From Candidatus Eiseniibacteriota bacterium (lineage in GTDB: Bacteria > Eisenbacteria > RBG-16-71-46), in assembly GCA_963776245.1 (NCBI GenBank), contig CAVZLN010000007.1, positions 64,001-128,000 on the forward strand: a stretch of 64,000 nucleotides of DNA, given 5' to 3'. Below are positions 41,730 to 51,054 of the stretch, piece after piece (positions within the stretch are counted from its first letter, which is position 1; the number at the start of each line of letters is the position of its first letter). The position numbers were made by a program, and so were the translations under genes. Under the pieces are notes generated by a model that had not been told where the DNA came from, did not search any database, and worked only from the letters and a program-made list of their open reading frames with translations.

Positions 41730-43619
41730 TCACGCGTGGAGCGGCTGGGTCTGGCGCACCCACGCGAGCGTGCGGCTCGCGATGCCGGGGGCGTCGAGCC
41801 CGATCTGCGCCAGCAGTTCGTCGCGCTTGCCGTGCAGGACGAAGTGGTCGGGCACGCCGAGTCGCAGCTGCGGGGTGGCCGAGAGCATGAGCCGGTCGAG
41901 GCACTCGCTCACCGCGCTGCCGAAGCCGCCGGCGATAACGCCTTCCTCGAGGGTGACGAGGCGGCCCACCGAGCGGGCGAGGCCGGCGATCACCAGCTCG
42001 TCGAGCGGGGCCGCGAAGCGCATGTTGACCACGGTGGCCGACACCCCCTGCGCGGCCAGCGTGTCCGCCGCGGCGAGCGCGGGGCCGACCATGGTGCCGA
42101 GCGCGAGGAGCGCGACGTCGCCGCCGGCCCGCAGTTGCTCGGCCTTGCCGATCTCGATCAGGCGCGGCTCGCGGTCGGGCAGGATGTCGGGCACGGCGGC
42201 GCGCGGATAGCGCACCGCGATCGGCGCCGAGCCCGTCCACCGGGCGGCCGTCCACAGCATGTCGCGCAGCTCCTCCCCGTTCTTCGGCTGCATCACGACC
42301 GCGCCGGGGATCATGCGCAGGTAGGCGATGTCGAACACGCCGTGCTGCGGGGCCCCGTCGTCGCCCACCAGCCCGGCGCGATCGAGGCACAGCATCACCT
42401 TGAGGTCCTGCACCGCCACGTCGTGGATGATCTGGTCGAAGGCGCGCTGGAGGAAGGTGGAGTAGATGGCGGTGATCGGCATCAGGCCGCCCGCGGCGAG
42501 CCCGGCCGAGAACGTGACGGCGTGCTCCTCGGCCATGCCGACGTCGAAGAACCGCTGGGGGAACCGGGAGGAGAACTCCTTGAGCCCGGTGTTGTCGGTC
42601 ATCGCCGCGGTCACCGCGACCGTCTCCGGCATGGCTTCGCCGATCCGCACCGCGGTCTCCCCGAACACGTGCGAATAGGTCTTCTTCGCGCCCTTGGAGG
42701 CCGTGCCGGTGTCGGGGTCGAACACCCCCACCCCGTGGAACGTGGTGGCGTCGGACTCCGCCGGGCCGTAGCCCTTGCCCTTGCGCGTGAGCACGTGCAG
42801 GAACACCGGCTCGTCGAAGCGCTTGAGGTCCGAGAGGGTCTCCTGGAGCACGTCGAGGTCGTGGCCGTCGATGGGGCCGAAGTACTTGAAGCCCAGCTCC
42901 TCGAACAGCAGCCCCGGGACCACGAGGTTCTGGAGCCCCTCTTTCACGCGGCTCGCGCCCTCCTGCATCTTCCAGCCCTTTGGGAGCTTGCCCAGCAGTT
43001 CCCACACGTCGTGCTCGAAGCGGCGATAGATCCGGCTGGTGGTGAGCTTGGTGAGGTAGCGGTGGAGCGCTCCGATGTTCCGCGAGATGCTCATCTCGTT
43101 GTCGTTGAGGATGACGATGAGGCGCTTGCCGAGCTCCCCCGCGTTGTTGAGCCCTTCGAACGCCATCCCGCCGGTGAGCGCGCCATCGCCGATCACCGCC
43201 ACCACGTGATGATGCTCGCCGCGCAGGTCGCGGGCCGCGGCGAATCCCAGGGCGGACGAGATCGAGGTGCTGCCGTGGCTGGTGCCGAAGACGTCGTGTT
43301 CGCTCTCGGCGCGGCGCGGATAGCCGGCGAGGCCGTCGAGCTGGCGCAGGGTGTGGAACCGGTCGAACCGGCCGGTGACCAGCTTGTGCGGGTACGACTG
43401 GTGTCCGACGTCCCAGATGATCTTGTCGCGCGGCGAATCGAACACGCGGTGGAGCGCGAGCGTGAGCTCGACCACGCCGAGGTTGGGCGCCAGGTGGCCG
43501 GCATTGCGGGCCACCGTCTGGATGATGACGTGGCGGATCTCGGCGGCGAGCACCGGGAGCTCGGCGCGCGAGAGCGCGCGCAGGTCGGCCGGCGAATGGA
43601 TCCGTTCGAGGAGGCTCAT
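41730..43619 (-). CDS. dxs: 1-deoxy-D-xylulose-5-phosphate synthase
   Basis: GHLAPNLGVVELT, WDVGHQSYPHK, IGDGALTGGMAFEGLN, ILNDN, DVGMAEEHAV, YSTFLQRAFDQ. Confidence 0.98.
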   Translation of the reverse strand: MSLLERIHSPADLRALSRAELPVLAAEIRHVIIQTVARNAGHLAPNLGVVELTLALHRVFDSPRDKIIWDVGHQSYPHKLVTGRFDRFHTLRQLDGLAGYPRRAESEHDVFGTSHGSTSISSALGFAAARDLRGEHHHVVAVIGDGALTGGMAFEGLNNAGELGKRLIVILNDNEMSISRNIGALHRYLTKLTTSRIYRRFEHDVWELLGKLPKGWKMQEGASRVKEGLQNLVVPGLLFEELGFKYFGPIDGHDLDVLQETLSDLKRFDEPVFLHVLTRKGKGYGPAESDATTFHGVGVFDPDTGTASKGAKKTYSHVFGETAVRIGEAMPETVAVTAAMTDNTGLKEFSSRFPQRFFDVGMAEEHAVTFSAGLAAGGLMPITAIYSTFLQRAFDQIIHDVAVQDLKVMLCLDRAGLVGDDGAPQHGVFDIAYLRMIPGAVVMQPKNGEELRDMLWTAARWTGSAPIAVRYPRAAVPDILPDREPRLIEIGKAEQLRAGGDVALLALGTMVGPALAAADTLAAQGVSATVVNMRFAAPLDELVIAGLARSVGRLVTLEEGVIAGGFGSAVSECLDRLMLSATPQLRLGVPDHFVLHGKRDELLAQIGLDAPGIASRTLAWVRQTQPLHA

Positions 43620-44044
43620 CGGGTCGTCCAGTGCCACAGGATGGCGCTCAGGAGGCCGATCAGGCCCCCCACCAGCACCTCGAAGGGGGTGTGCCCGAGC
43701 AGCTCCATGAGCCTTCCGGTCTCGGCCTCGGCGTGTTCGAAGTGCTCGTCGATGAGGCGATTGAGGATGGCGGCCTGCTTGCCGGCGGCGCGGCGCAGGC
43801 CGGCGGCATCGTACATGACGATCAGGCTGAAATACAGGCTCACGCCGAACAGGGTCGAGGTGAAGCCCTCGCGGAAGCCCACCGCCGCGGTGAGCGCGCA
43901 GACCGCGGCCGAGTGTGCGCTCGGCATCCCTCCGGTCTCGACGAAGCGCTGGAAGTTCCAGCGCCGGTGGGCCACGTAGTACGCGACCCCCTTGAAGCCC
44001 TGGACCAGCGATCCGACGATCAACGCCAGCCAGAAAGGTTCCGT
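43616..44044 (-). CDS. divergent PAP2 family protein (DUF212)
   Basis: TGGMPSAHSA, VMYDAAGLRRAAGKQAAILN, ELLGHTP.EV..G; start uncertain (ACG at 44044 after GGAGG, or TTG at 44122). Confidence 0.85.
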   Translation of the reverse strand, partial: TEPFWLALIVGSLVQGFKGVAYYVAHRRWNFQRFVETGGMPSAHSAAVCALTAAVGFREGFTSTLFGVSLYFSLIVMYDAAGLRRAAGKQAAILNRLIDEHFEHAEAETGRLMELLGHTPFEVLVGGLIGLLSAILWHWTTR

Positions 44045-44147
44045 GGTCCCTCCGCTCCCCTGTGGCTCGCCCTCCGTGGACGTCAGCCGGATGAAGATAC
44101 GGACCGGGCGGCGCGTCGGCAACCCCGACCAGGCCGCCGGGCGGGAT

Positions 44148-45080
44148 CTAGCGCGTGCGCTCGGCCATCGTCACCACCAGCGCCGCGAGGGTGCGGGCGC
44201 GGGGCCCCAGCAGCTGGACCCGCGCGAGCACGCGCTCGAACAGCCGGCCGGCGTCGAGCCGCGCCCGGGCCTCGCCCACCGCGCGCGGCCAGGTCGCCTT
44301 GCCGCGCGCCTCGTCGGTGCCGGCGCGCTTGCCGAGATGCTCGAGCGAGGACAGCCGGTTGAGCAGGTCGTCGTGGATCTGGAACGCCAGTCCGAGGTCG
44401 CGGCCGACCGTCTCGAGCTGCTGCGTCGCGGCCCGGTCGGCGCCCCCGGCGATCGCGCCGAGCGCGAACGCGGCGCCCATCAGCGCGCCGGTCTTGCGCG
44501 CGTGGATGGCGCGCACCCCCGCGGCGCCGTGCCGCCGGCGCTCGCCCTCGAGGTCGAGCACCTGCCCGCCCACCAGCTCGGTGCTGCCGCTCGCGCGCGC
44601 CAGACGCCGCAGCGCCTCGATCACCCGGCCGGCCGGCACCCCGCGCTCCGCGAGCCGGGCCAGTTCCTCGAACGCGAACGCCAGCAGCGCGTCGCCCGCC
44701 AGCAGGCCGATGGCCTCGCCGAACTTCTTGTGCGTGGTCAGGCGACCGCGACGGTAGTCATCGTCGTCGAGCGCCGGCAGGTCGTCGTGCACCAGCGAGA
44801 ACGCGTGCACGCACTCGAGCGCCGCGGCGGCGGGCAGCGCGTCGCGCCAGTCGCCCCCCACCGCCTCGCAGGCGGCGAGGCAGAGCTGCGGGCGCACGCG
44901 CTTGCCGGGGCCGAGGGCGGCATAGCGCATCGCGGCGTGGAGCGTGGCGGGCACCGCGCCCGCCCGCGGCAGCGCGTGCGCCAGGTAGCGTTCGAAGGTG
45001 GCGTGGCGTCCGCGCAGGGCGCGGGCGTCGGCGGCGTCGCGCGCGGGGACACGCGGCTGCGCTGCGGCGGCGCGGGCCAT
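44148..45080 (-). CDS. ispA: farnesyl/geranylgeranyl diphosphate synthase
   Basis: GKRVRP, SLVHDDLPALDDDDYRRG, GQVLD, KTG, FQIHDD, GK..GTD...KATWP. Confidence 0.93.
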   Translation of the reverse strand: MARAAAAQPRVPARDAADARALRGRHATFERYLAHALPRAGAVPATLHAAMRYAALGPGKRVRPQLCLAACEAVGGDWRDALPAAAALECVHAFSLVHDDLPALDDDDYRRGRLTTHKKFGEAIGLLAGDALLAFAFEELARLAERGVPAGRVIEALRRLARASGSTELVGGQVLDLEGERRRHGAAGVRAIHARKTGALMGAAFALGAIAGGADRAATQQLETVGRDLGLAFQIHDDLLNRLSSLEHLGKRAGTDEARGKATWPRAVGEARARLDAGRLFERVLARVQLLGPRARTLAALVVTMAERTR

Positions 45081-45445
45081 CAGAACGGCAACCGGCCGGC
45101 GGGGTCGTCGTCGTCCGGCGCGGGCCGCCGCGGGGCCGGCGCGCGCGCGGGCCGCGCCGGCGCGGCCGCCGGGGGCGCCGCCTCGGGCGCGCTGTCGTCG
45201 AGGTCGCTGGGCTCGGTCTGCGGCCCGTCCGCTCCCTCCACCAGGCGCTCGATGCGCCGCTCGGCGGCGTCGAGCGTCCGGGTGAGCGTGCGGGAGAGCT
45301 TCACGCCCTCCTCGTAGCGCGCGATCGACTCCTCGAGCGACAGCGTGCCGCCCTCCAGCTCCTCGACGATGGTCTCGAGCCGCTCGAGCGCCTGCTCGAA
45401 TCCCGGCTGCTCGCTCTCAGCGCTCGTGGTCTTCTTCGCCGCCAT
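45080..45445 (-). CDS. xseB: exodeoxyribonuclease VII small subunit with Pro/Ala-rich tail
   Basis: FEQALERLETIVEELEGG.LSLEESIARYEEG. Confidence 0.92.
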   Translation of the reverse strand: MAAKKTTSAESEQPGFEQALERLETIVEELEGGTLSLEESIARYEEGVKLSRTLTRTLDAAERRIERLVEGADGPQTEPSDLDDSAPEAAPPAAAPARPARAPAPRRPAPDDDDPAGRLPF

Positions 45446-46802
45446 GCGTCCCTCCCCTGCGCACCGCCTCGACGCGGGCATCCGCCTCGCCGCGGGCGAA
45501 CTCGATGGTGACCGCGTCGCCGATGGCCAGCGCCTCGGCGGCGCGCAACAGATCCCCCTGCGGTCCCTTCACCAGACAGTAGCCGCGCTCCATCACCGCG
45601 CGCGGCGACAGCGCGCGCAGCCGGTCCCCGTAGGCGGTGAGCCGGTGGCGCTGCGTGTGCACGCGCTCGACGATCGCCCGGGTGAGCCGTTCCCGCGCCT
45701 CGCCCACGCCCACGCGCCGGTCGGCCAGCACCCGCGGCCACTCGCGCAGGCCATAGCGCGAGGTCACCGCGCCGAGCCGCGCCCGCGCCGCGTCGAGCGC
45801 TCCGCGCAGCGCGCGCCGGCCGCGGTCGACCAGCTCGTCGAGCCGCTGCTGGTGCATCCGCACCGCGTCGGCCTGGCGCTTGAAGCCGTACTTCTCGAGG
45901 ATGCGCGCCAGATGGCGGCGGCGGTCCACCAGCCCCTGCCGCAGCGCGCGCTCCATGCGCGGCGCCAGCGCGGCGAGGCGCGCCGCGACCTCGCGACGAT
46001 CGCGCACCGCCAGCTCGGCCGCGTGGCTCGGCGTGGCGGCCCGCACGTCGGCGGCGAGGTCGCAGAGCGTGAAGTCCACCTCGTGCCCGACCGCCGAGAG
46101 CGTGGGCGTGCGCGAAGCGGCGACGGCGCGCACCACCGCCTCCTCGTTGAACGCCCACAGGTCCTCGAGCGATCCCCCGCCGCGCCCGACGATCAGCACG
46201 TCGGCGCCGCCCCAGCGATCGAAGCGCTGGATGGCGGCCACGATCTCGGCCGCCGCGCCCTCGCCCTGCACGCGCACCGGGGCGAGCACGATGCGGATGC
46301 CCGGCCAGCGGGCGCGCAGCACCTTCACCAGGTCGCGCACCGCCGCGCCGGTCGGCGAGGTCACCAGCCCGATGGTGCGCGGATAGAGCGGCAGCGGGCG
46401 CTTGCGCGCGGCGTCGAACAGCCCCTCGGCGGCGAGCCGCCGCTTGAGCTCCTCGAGCGCCAGCAGCAGCGCGCCGATGCCGGCCGGGCGCAGTTCCTCG
46501 ACCACCAGCTGGTAGCGCCCGCGCGGCTCGTACACGGTGATCGAGCCGTAGGCCTCCACCTCGGTGCCGTCGCGCGGCTCGAAGGCGAGGCGGCCGGCGG
46601 TGCCCTTCCACATCACGCAGTCGAGCACCGCGACGGTGCCCTCCTTCATGGCGAAGTAGAGATGCCCGCGGTCCGAGCGCTTGAACCCCGAGATCTCGCC
46701 GCGCACCCACAGGCCGCTGAACGAGTCCTCGAGCGCGCCGCGGACCCGCCGCGTCAGTTCGGCGACGGAGAGGATGCCCTCGCGCTCGGGAGCGACCGCC
46801 AT
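45417..46802 (-). CDS. xseA: exodeoxyribonuclease VII large subunit
   Basis: WVRGEISGF, GHLYF, VTSPTGAAVRD, RGGGSLEDLWAFNEE, SAVGHEVD, TPSHAAE, LSPRAVMERGY. Confidence 0.96.
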   Translation of the reverse strand: MAVAPEREGILSVAELTRRVRGALEDSFSGLWVRGEISGFKRSDRGHLYFAMKEGTVAVLDCVMWKGTAGRLAFEPRDGTEVEAYGSITVYEPRGRYQLVVEELRPAGIGALLLALEELKRRLAAEGLFDAARKRPLPLYPRTIGLVTSPTGAAVRDLVKVLRARWPGIRIVLAPVRVQGEGAAAEIVAAIQRFDRWGGADVLIVGRGGGSLEDLWAFNEEAVVRAVAASRTPTLSAVGHEVDFTLCDLAADVRAATPSHAAELAVRDRREVAARLAALAPRMERALRQGLVDRRRHLARILEKYGFKRQADAVRMHQQRLDELVDRGRRALRGALDAARARLGAVTSRYGLREWPRVLADRRVGVGEARERLTRAIVERVHTQRHRLTAYGDRLRALSPRAVMERGYCLVKGPQGDLLRAAEALAIGDAVTIEFARGEADARVEAVRRGGTHGGEEDHER

Positions 46803-46804
46803 GC

Positions 46805-48494
46805 TCAGCGCGCCCCGGTTCCGGCGGCCTGTCGCGCCGCGGCGAGCACGGTGTTGGCGACCACCATCGCGACCGTCATCGGCCCGACGCCGCCGGGCAC
46901 CGGCGTGAGCGCGGACGCGATGGCCGAGACGCTGGTGGCCTCGACGTCGCCGGTGAGACGGGTCTCGCCCGGCGCGTCGGGGCGCGGGACGCGGTGGATG
47001 CCGACGTCCACCACCACGGCGCCGGGCTTGATCCAGGTGGCGTCCACCATCTCGGGCCGGCCGATCGCGCACACCAGCAGGTCGGCCTGCTGCGCCAGCT
47101 CGCGCAGCCGCGAGCCGCTGGCGCTGTGGCCGAGGGTCACGGTGCAGTCCACGCCCTTCTGCGACAACAGCGTGGCCAGCGGGCGGCCGACGATGGCGCT
47201 GCGCCCGAGCACCACGGCGTGCATCCCGGCGAGCGGGACCTGGTAGTGGCGCAGCAGCTCGAGGATGCCCGCCGGGGTGGCGGGCGCGAACCCCGGCAGG
47301 CCCGCCGAGAGGCGCCCGACGTTCTCGGGATGGAAGCCGTCCACGTCCTTGGCGGGCGGCACGGCCTCGAGGACCATCCGCGCGTCCGCCGGAGGCGCGA
47401 GCGGGAGCTGGACCAGGATGCCGTGCACGTCGGGGTCGTCGCCGAGTGATCGCACCCGGGCCACCACCGCCGCGGTCTCGGTGCCGGCCGGCAGCTGGAC
47501 CCGCCGCGCCTCGATGCCGGCGGCGGCGCACGCCTCCTGCTTCTTCTTCAGGTAGATCCGCGACGCCGGGTCCTCGCCCACCGAGACCAGCGCCAGCACC
47601 GGCGTGCGTCCGGAGGCGCGCAGCCGCTCGCACTCCGCCTTCGCGCGCGCCGTCACCACCGCGGCGGGCGCGTCGCCGGTGAGCAGGCGCACCGGGCGGC
47701 GCGAGCGCGACAGGTCGCAGGGCTCCTGGATGCGGCGGATCGCGAGCGCGCGCCCGCTCGCGGCGTCGATCTGCAGCGCCACGCCGTTGAGCCACAGGTC
47801 GCGGTGCGCGGGCGCCAGCCGGGCGGGCATGCCGGTGAGGAAGCGCTTGAGCGCGGGCTCCTTCTCCATGCCGATCACGGAGTCGAAGCCGCCGGTCATG
47901 CCGGCGTCGGTGAGCAGCGCGGTGCCGCCGGGCAGGATGCGCTCGTCGGCGGTCTGCACGTGCGTGTGGGTGCCGATCACCGCGGAGACGCGGCCGTCGA
48001 GGTACCACGCCAGCGCGATCTTCTCGGCGGTGGTCTCGGCGTGGAAGTCCACGAGGATGATCCGGCACTGGCCCCGGAGCGCCTTGAGCGCGGCCTCGGC
48101 GCCGCGGAACGGGTCGTCGGCCTCCTTCATGAAGACGCGGCCGAGCAGGTTGACCACGCCCACCGGGGTGCCGTCGGCGGCCCGGAACACGCCGCAGCCC
48201 TGTCCCGGAGTGCCCGGCGGCATGTTGAAGGGGCGCACCAGCCGGGTCTCCGCGGCGAGGTAGTCCATGCTCTCGCGGCGGTCCCACAGGTGGTTGCCGC
48301 CGGTCATCACGTCGGCGCCGGCGGCGAGGATCTGGCTGCCCGCAGCCTGGGTGAGCCCGAAGCCCGCGGCGCTGTTCTCGGCGTTGACCACGGCGAACGC
48401 CGCGGCGTGGCGCAGGCGCAGCTCGGGCAGCAGCGCACTCACCACGTCGCCGCCCGGGCGCGCCGATGACGTCGGCGACGAAGAGAAGATTCAG
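46805..48494 (-). CDS. fusion of YmdB-family (TIGR00282-type) metallophosphoesterase and FolD (methylene-THF dehydrogenase/cyclohydrolase); frameshift near 48450
   Basis: Ymd[52 protein letters not shown]. Fol[41 protein letters not shown]. One open frame 46805-48445. Confidence 0.85.
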
Positions 48495-48510
48495 AGGAGG
48501 CCTCCGCCCG

Positions 48511-50071
48511 TCACTTCGCGTAGTCCACGGCGCGCGTCTCGCGGATCACCGTGACGCGGATCTGGCCGGGGTACTCGAGCTCCTTCTCGATCCGGCGCGC
48601 GATCTCGCCCGCCAGCGCCTGGGCGCGTGCGTCGTCCACCTTGTGGTGCTCGACCATGATGCGCACCTCGCGGCCGGCCTGGATGGCGTAGGACTTCTCC
48701 ACGCCCGGGAAGGTGTTCGCGATCTTCTCGAGCGACTCGAGCCGCTTGATGTAGATCTCGAGGCTCTCGCGCCGCGCGCCGGGGCGCGCGCCCGAGATGG
48801 CGTCGGCGGCCGCGATCAGCACCGGCCACAGGCTGCCGCCGGCGTAGTCGTCGTGGTGGTAGCCGATGGCGTCGAGCACCGGCTGCGGCTCGCCGTAGCG
48901 CGCCGCGACCTCCATGCCCGAGCGCCGGGTGCGTGCCCTCGTGGTCGTGGTCGATGGCCTTGCCGATGTCGTGCATGAGCCCGCCGCGCTTGGCCAGCTT
49001 CTGGTCGATGCCGAGCTCGGCGGCCATCATGCCGGCGAGGTGCGCGACCTCGATCGAGTGGCGCAGGATGTTCTGGCCGTAGGAGGTGCGGTACTGGAGC
49101 CGGCCGAGCAGCTGCATGAGCTCGGGGTGCACGCCGTGCACGCCGACCTCGAGGCAGGCCATCTCGCCCAGCTCGCGGATCTTGGCCTCGACCTCCTCCT
49201 TGACCTTCGCGACGACCTCCTCGATGCGCGCCGGGTGGATGCGGCCGTCGGCGACGAGCCGCTCGAGCGCCAGGCGCGCGATCTCGCGGCGCACCGGGTC
49301 GAAGCCCGAGAGGATCACCGCCTCGGGCGTGTCGTCGATGATCACGTCGACGCCGGTGATGACCTCGAACGAGCGGATGTTGCGGCCCTCGCGGCCGATG
49401 ATGCGGCCCTTCATGTCGTCGCTCGGCAGGTGCACCACCGACACGCTCGACTCGGAGACGTGGTCGCCGGCGTAGCGCTGGATCGCGAGCGCGATGATCT
49501 TGCGCGCCTCGCGCTCGGCGTTGCGCTGGGCGGTCTCGCGGATCTCGACGACGCGCCGCGCGGCCTCGGCGCGGGCCTCGCTCTCGATGGTCGCGATGAG
49601 CTGCTGGCGCGCCTCCTCGGCCGACAGGCCGGCGATGCGCTCGAGCCGCGCGGTCTGCTCGCGATCAGCTTGTCGAGCTCGTGGCCGCGCCGTGGACCGC
49701 GGCCTCGCGCTGCGCCGATGTCCGCTCCGACGCTCTTGAGGTCGCGCTCCTTCTTGTCGATCAGCTCGACGCGGCGGTTGAACGCGGCCTCCTTCTGCTG
49801 GAAGGCGCGCTCGGCCTCGAGCTGGGCGTTGCGGGCCGCGAGGATCTCGCGCTCGACCTCCTGCTTGAGGTGGAGCGCTTCCTCGCGCGCCCTCCAGCAG
49901 GGCGTCGCGCTTGAGGTGTCGGCCTCGCGGTCGGCCTGCTCGAGGATCGCCTGCGCGCGGCGCTCGGCGCTGTCGAGCCGGGCCTGGCCGAGCGCGAGCG
50001 CAGGAACCAACCGAGGAAGAACGACACGACGGCACCGACCGCGATGCCGACGATCCATTGCCATTGGCCAT
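48511..50071 (-). CDS. rny: ribonuclease Y (multiple frameshifts)
   Basis: N-terminal [19 protein letters not shown], coiled coil, [27 protein letters not shown]...[25 protein letters not shown]. Confidence 0.92.
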
Positions 50072-50129
50072 CGGAATACCCCCGGGCCCCGGGCGGCGTC
50101 GCCGCCGCCCCGGTCCCCAGGCGGGAAGG

Positions 50130-50312
50130 ATCCCCGCCGGATTGCCGTGTGCGTCGCGTTCTTGAGACCTGGCGAGCCAGGTGGGCGGTCCTTACGACCG
50201 GGTCGGCCCTCCGGATCCCTCGCGGGACCCGGTGCGGCGTCGCCGGCACCGGACACCCTTTGAGTTTCTGTTGGTTCAAGAACTCTATGCATCACGAGCA
50301 CGGCAGGGAAAT
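50130..50312 (-). ncRNA. ssrS: 6S RNA
   Basis: About 180 nt downstream of zapA; rod-like pairing TGCCGTG/CACGGCA and GTTCTTGA/TCAAGAAC, A-rich central bubble (ACCAACAGAAACTCAAA), CCCACCT motif; ends approximate. Confidence 0.8.
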
Positions 50313-50339
50313 CGCTGCGAGGCCGGGCGCCCACCCGGA

Positions 50340-50645
50340 TCAGCGCCGTCGAACCGTCCTGCTGGAGCACGTCGTCGAGCACGGCGTTGAGGCGCGCCGC
50401 CTGGAGGTTCAGGTCGCGGTCGTGGACTCGCGGCACGCGCGCTCCTTGAACAGTTCATCGGCGATGTTGAGCGAGGCGAGGATCGCCACCTTGGACAGCG
50501 ACGCCACCGGGAGCTTCTCGGTGATCTCCCGCATCTTGCGGTCCACGTAGCCGGCGACGCCGAGGATGTACTCCTGGTCGGCTTCGCCGCGGATGGAAAG
50601 TGATGCCCGAGGATCTGGACCTGAACGACGTTCTTGCGCGTCCAT
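50340..50645 (-). CDS. zapA: cell division protein ZapA (frameshifted)
   Basis: VQVQILG / IRGEADQEYI..VA.YVDRKMREI...KVAILASLNIADELF; position between pheT and 6S RNA; end approximate. Confidence 0.82.
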
Positions 50646-50750
50646 GGTGACCCCGCTTCGCCGCGTTTCCCCTGCGTTGTCGATGCCAGCGTCACATTCC
50701 GCCGGCCGCGCCGCAGCCCCGAGGGCGGCCGCCGCGGCCGGGCCGGGCTA

Positions 50751-51054
50751 TCACCCCTCGATCCGCTCGAGCTTCTTGACGCAGGGTCTCGATCCGCGTG
50801 GCCACCTCCTTGCGCTCGCTGTGCCACTCGCGCTGCTCCTTGTGGAGCGCGGCGACCTCCTGCACGAGCGCCGTCGCGTCGTGACCCTGGAGCTGGGTCT
50901 CGAGCAGATGGTGCTTCGCCGCCAGTTCGTCGCGCTCTCGGCCCCGCGCGGTCGCGCTCGTCGCGCAGCTCCTGGACGATCGCTGCGGCCTTCTCGACGC
51001 GCTCGGCGAGGCGGTCGAGGTCGGTGCGTCACGACGGCGGTGGTTCTCGGTCAT
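50751..51054 (-). CDS. ZapB-like coiled-coil protein (frameshifted)
   Basis: LDRLAERVEKAAAIVQELR...EVAALHKEQ...ERKEVATRIE...KLERIEG coiled coil upstream of zapA. Confidence 0.6.
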
